64,000 nucleotides of DNA from Mustelus asterias (taxonomy: Eukaryota), in the NCBI RefSeq assembly GCF_964213995.1, contig NW_027590140.1, positions 1,054,001 through 1,118,000 on the forward strand, written 5' to 3'. Shown piece after piece: positions 62,290 through 64,000 of the stretch. A program made the translations under genes and the position numbers. How positions within the stretch are numbered: position 1 is the stretch's first letter; every line of letters starts with the position of its first letter. The notes below the pieces were generated by a model, which did not search any database, was not told the DNA's origin, and was given only the letters and a program-made list of their open reading frames with translations.

Positions 62290-64000
62290 CAGGCCTTGTA
62301 GCACAGAAGAGTAAGGAAAGGAGGAGGAAGGCAGTGGTGATAGGGGACTCTACAGTGAGGGGGTCAGACAGGCGTTTTTGTGGAGGAAGTCGAGAAACGC
62401 GGATGGTGGTTTGCCTCCCTGGTGCCGGGATCAGGGATGTTTCTGACCATATCCAAGAAAACCTTAAGTGGGAGGAAGAGGAGCCAGAGGCATTGGCAGG
62501 AAAAGGGAAATGGTTATGAAAAGAGAATATAAGAACTTATGTAGGGAGTTAAGAATAAGGAACGCAAAGGTTGTAATCTCGGGACTGCTGCCTGTGCCAC
62601 GAGACAGTGAGGGAAGGAACGGAATAAGGTGGAGGATAAATGCATGGCTGAGGGATTGGAGCAGGGGTCAGGGATTCATGTTCCTGGATTATTGGGACCT
62701 CTTTAGGGGCAGGTGCGACCTGTACAAAAAGGACGGGTTTCACTTAAATCCCAGGGGGACCAATATCCCAGCGGGAAGGTTTGCTAAGGCTACTGGGGAG
62801 TGTTTAAACTAGAATGGTGGGGGTGGAAATCAAAATGAAGTGACTGAGAGAGAGGAGGTTAGCTTAAAAATAAAAGGGGCTTGTCGACAGTGTAAGAGGG
62901 AGGATAGGCAGGTGACGGAGAAGGGGAGCACTCAGACCGAAGAGTTGAGATGTGTTTATTTTAACGCAAGGAGTGCAGTGAACAAAATGGATGAGCTTAG
63001 AGCGTGGATCACTACTTGGAAGTGTGATGTTCCAAGACATCATTACAGAGACTTGGTTATCTCAGGGACAGGACTGGATACTTCAAGTGCCGGGTTTCAG
63101 ATGTTTCAGGAGGGACGGGGAAGGAGGCAAAAGAGGTGGGGGAGTAGCACTGTTGATCAGGGATAGTGTCACGGCTGTAGAAAAAATGGATGCCGCAGAA
63201 GGATTGTCTACAGAGTCTCTGTGGGCGGAGGTTCGCAACAGGAAAGGGTCAATAACTTTACTGGGTGTTTTCTATAGTCCGCCCAATAGTAGCAGGGATG
63301 TGGAGGAGCAGATTGGGAAGCAAATCCAGGAGAGATGTGGTAAAAACAGAGTGGTCGTGATGGGAGATTTTAATTTCCCAAATATCGATTGGAATATCCG
63401 TAGGGTAAGGGGTTTAGATGGGGAAGAGTTTGTTCAGCGTGTTCAGAGGGCTTCCTGACACAGTATGTGGATAAGCCTCCAAGAAGAGAGGCTGTACTTG
63501 ATTTGGTATTAGGGAATGAACCTGGGCAGGTGTCAGATCTCTCAGTGGGAGAGCATTTGGGGATAGTAATCATAACTCGATCTCCTTTACATGAGCATTG
63601 GAGAGAGATAGGATCAGTCAAGCTAGGAAAGTGTTTATTTGGAGTAAGGGCAATTATGAGGTTGTTAGGCAGGAAATTAGAGGCATAAATTGGAAGGTTT
63701 CTCGGGGAAATGTACAGATGAAATGTGGCAGATTTTCAAGGAAAATTTGTGTGGAGCTCTGCACAGCAACGTTCCAATGAGACAGGGGAGTTATGGTAGG
63801 TTACGGGAACTATGGTGCGCGGAAGCTGTAACGAATTTAGTCAAGAAGAAAAGAAAAGCCTACAAAAGGTTCTGGGAGCGAGGTAATGTTAGAAATCTTG
63901 AAGAATATACAACTAGTAAGAAGGAACTTAAGAGGGAAATTAGAAGAGCCAAAAGGGGTCATGAGAAGGCCTTGGCAGACAGGATAAAGGAAAACCCCAA
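62290..64000 (+). mobile_element. CR1 LINE 5' region: ORF1 SGNH esterase and ORF2 APE endonuclease, frameshifted, running off the window
   Basis: VIGDSTVRG...VCLPGAGIRDV (ORF1); CVYFNARS, ITETWL, RGGGVALLI, MGDFNFPNIDW (APE). Confidence 0.92.

Overview
Eukaryotic, repeat-rich genomic DNA from a cartilaginous fish, most likely a shark (inferred from HE1/V-SINE-like and Deu-SINE-like elements, CR1, Rex/Babar and Penelope families, and shark-type TCR V and GPR139-like genes). It looks like part of, or a duplicated satellite of, a T-cell receptor alpha/delta V region. It holds one apparently intact TRA/TRD-type V gene (minus strand; leader, intron, V exon, 23-RSS) and at least five V pseudogenes or remnants in both orientations. 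I found no D, J or C segments. One pseudogene resembles the leaderless, CDR1-cysteine 'supporting' V-delta of NAR-TCR and is followed by three tandem 61-bp units, each a complete 23-spacer RSS. Interleaved with the V segments are two intact two-exon GPR139-like class A GPCR genes (their first exons are missed by the ORF track), an isolated EMC4 exon, and two decayed ~1.1-kb tandem arrays of tRNA-Val units. Also present are Arg/Leu/Ser/Glu/Asn/Thr tRNA pseudogenes and many retroelements, including Penelope-derived fold-back insertions with minimal hammerhead-ribozyme cores. Most ORFs in the supplied track are retrotransposon fragments or spurious. Repeat boundaries are approximate; splice sites and RSS coordinates were read base by base.
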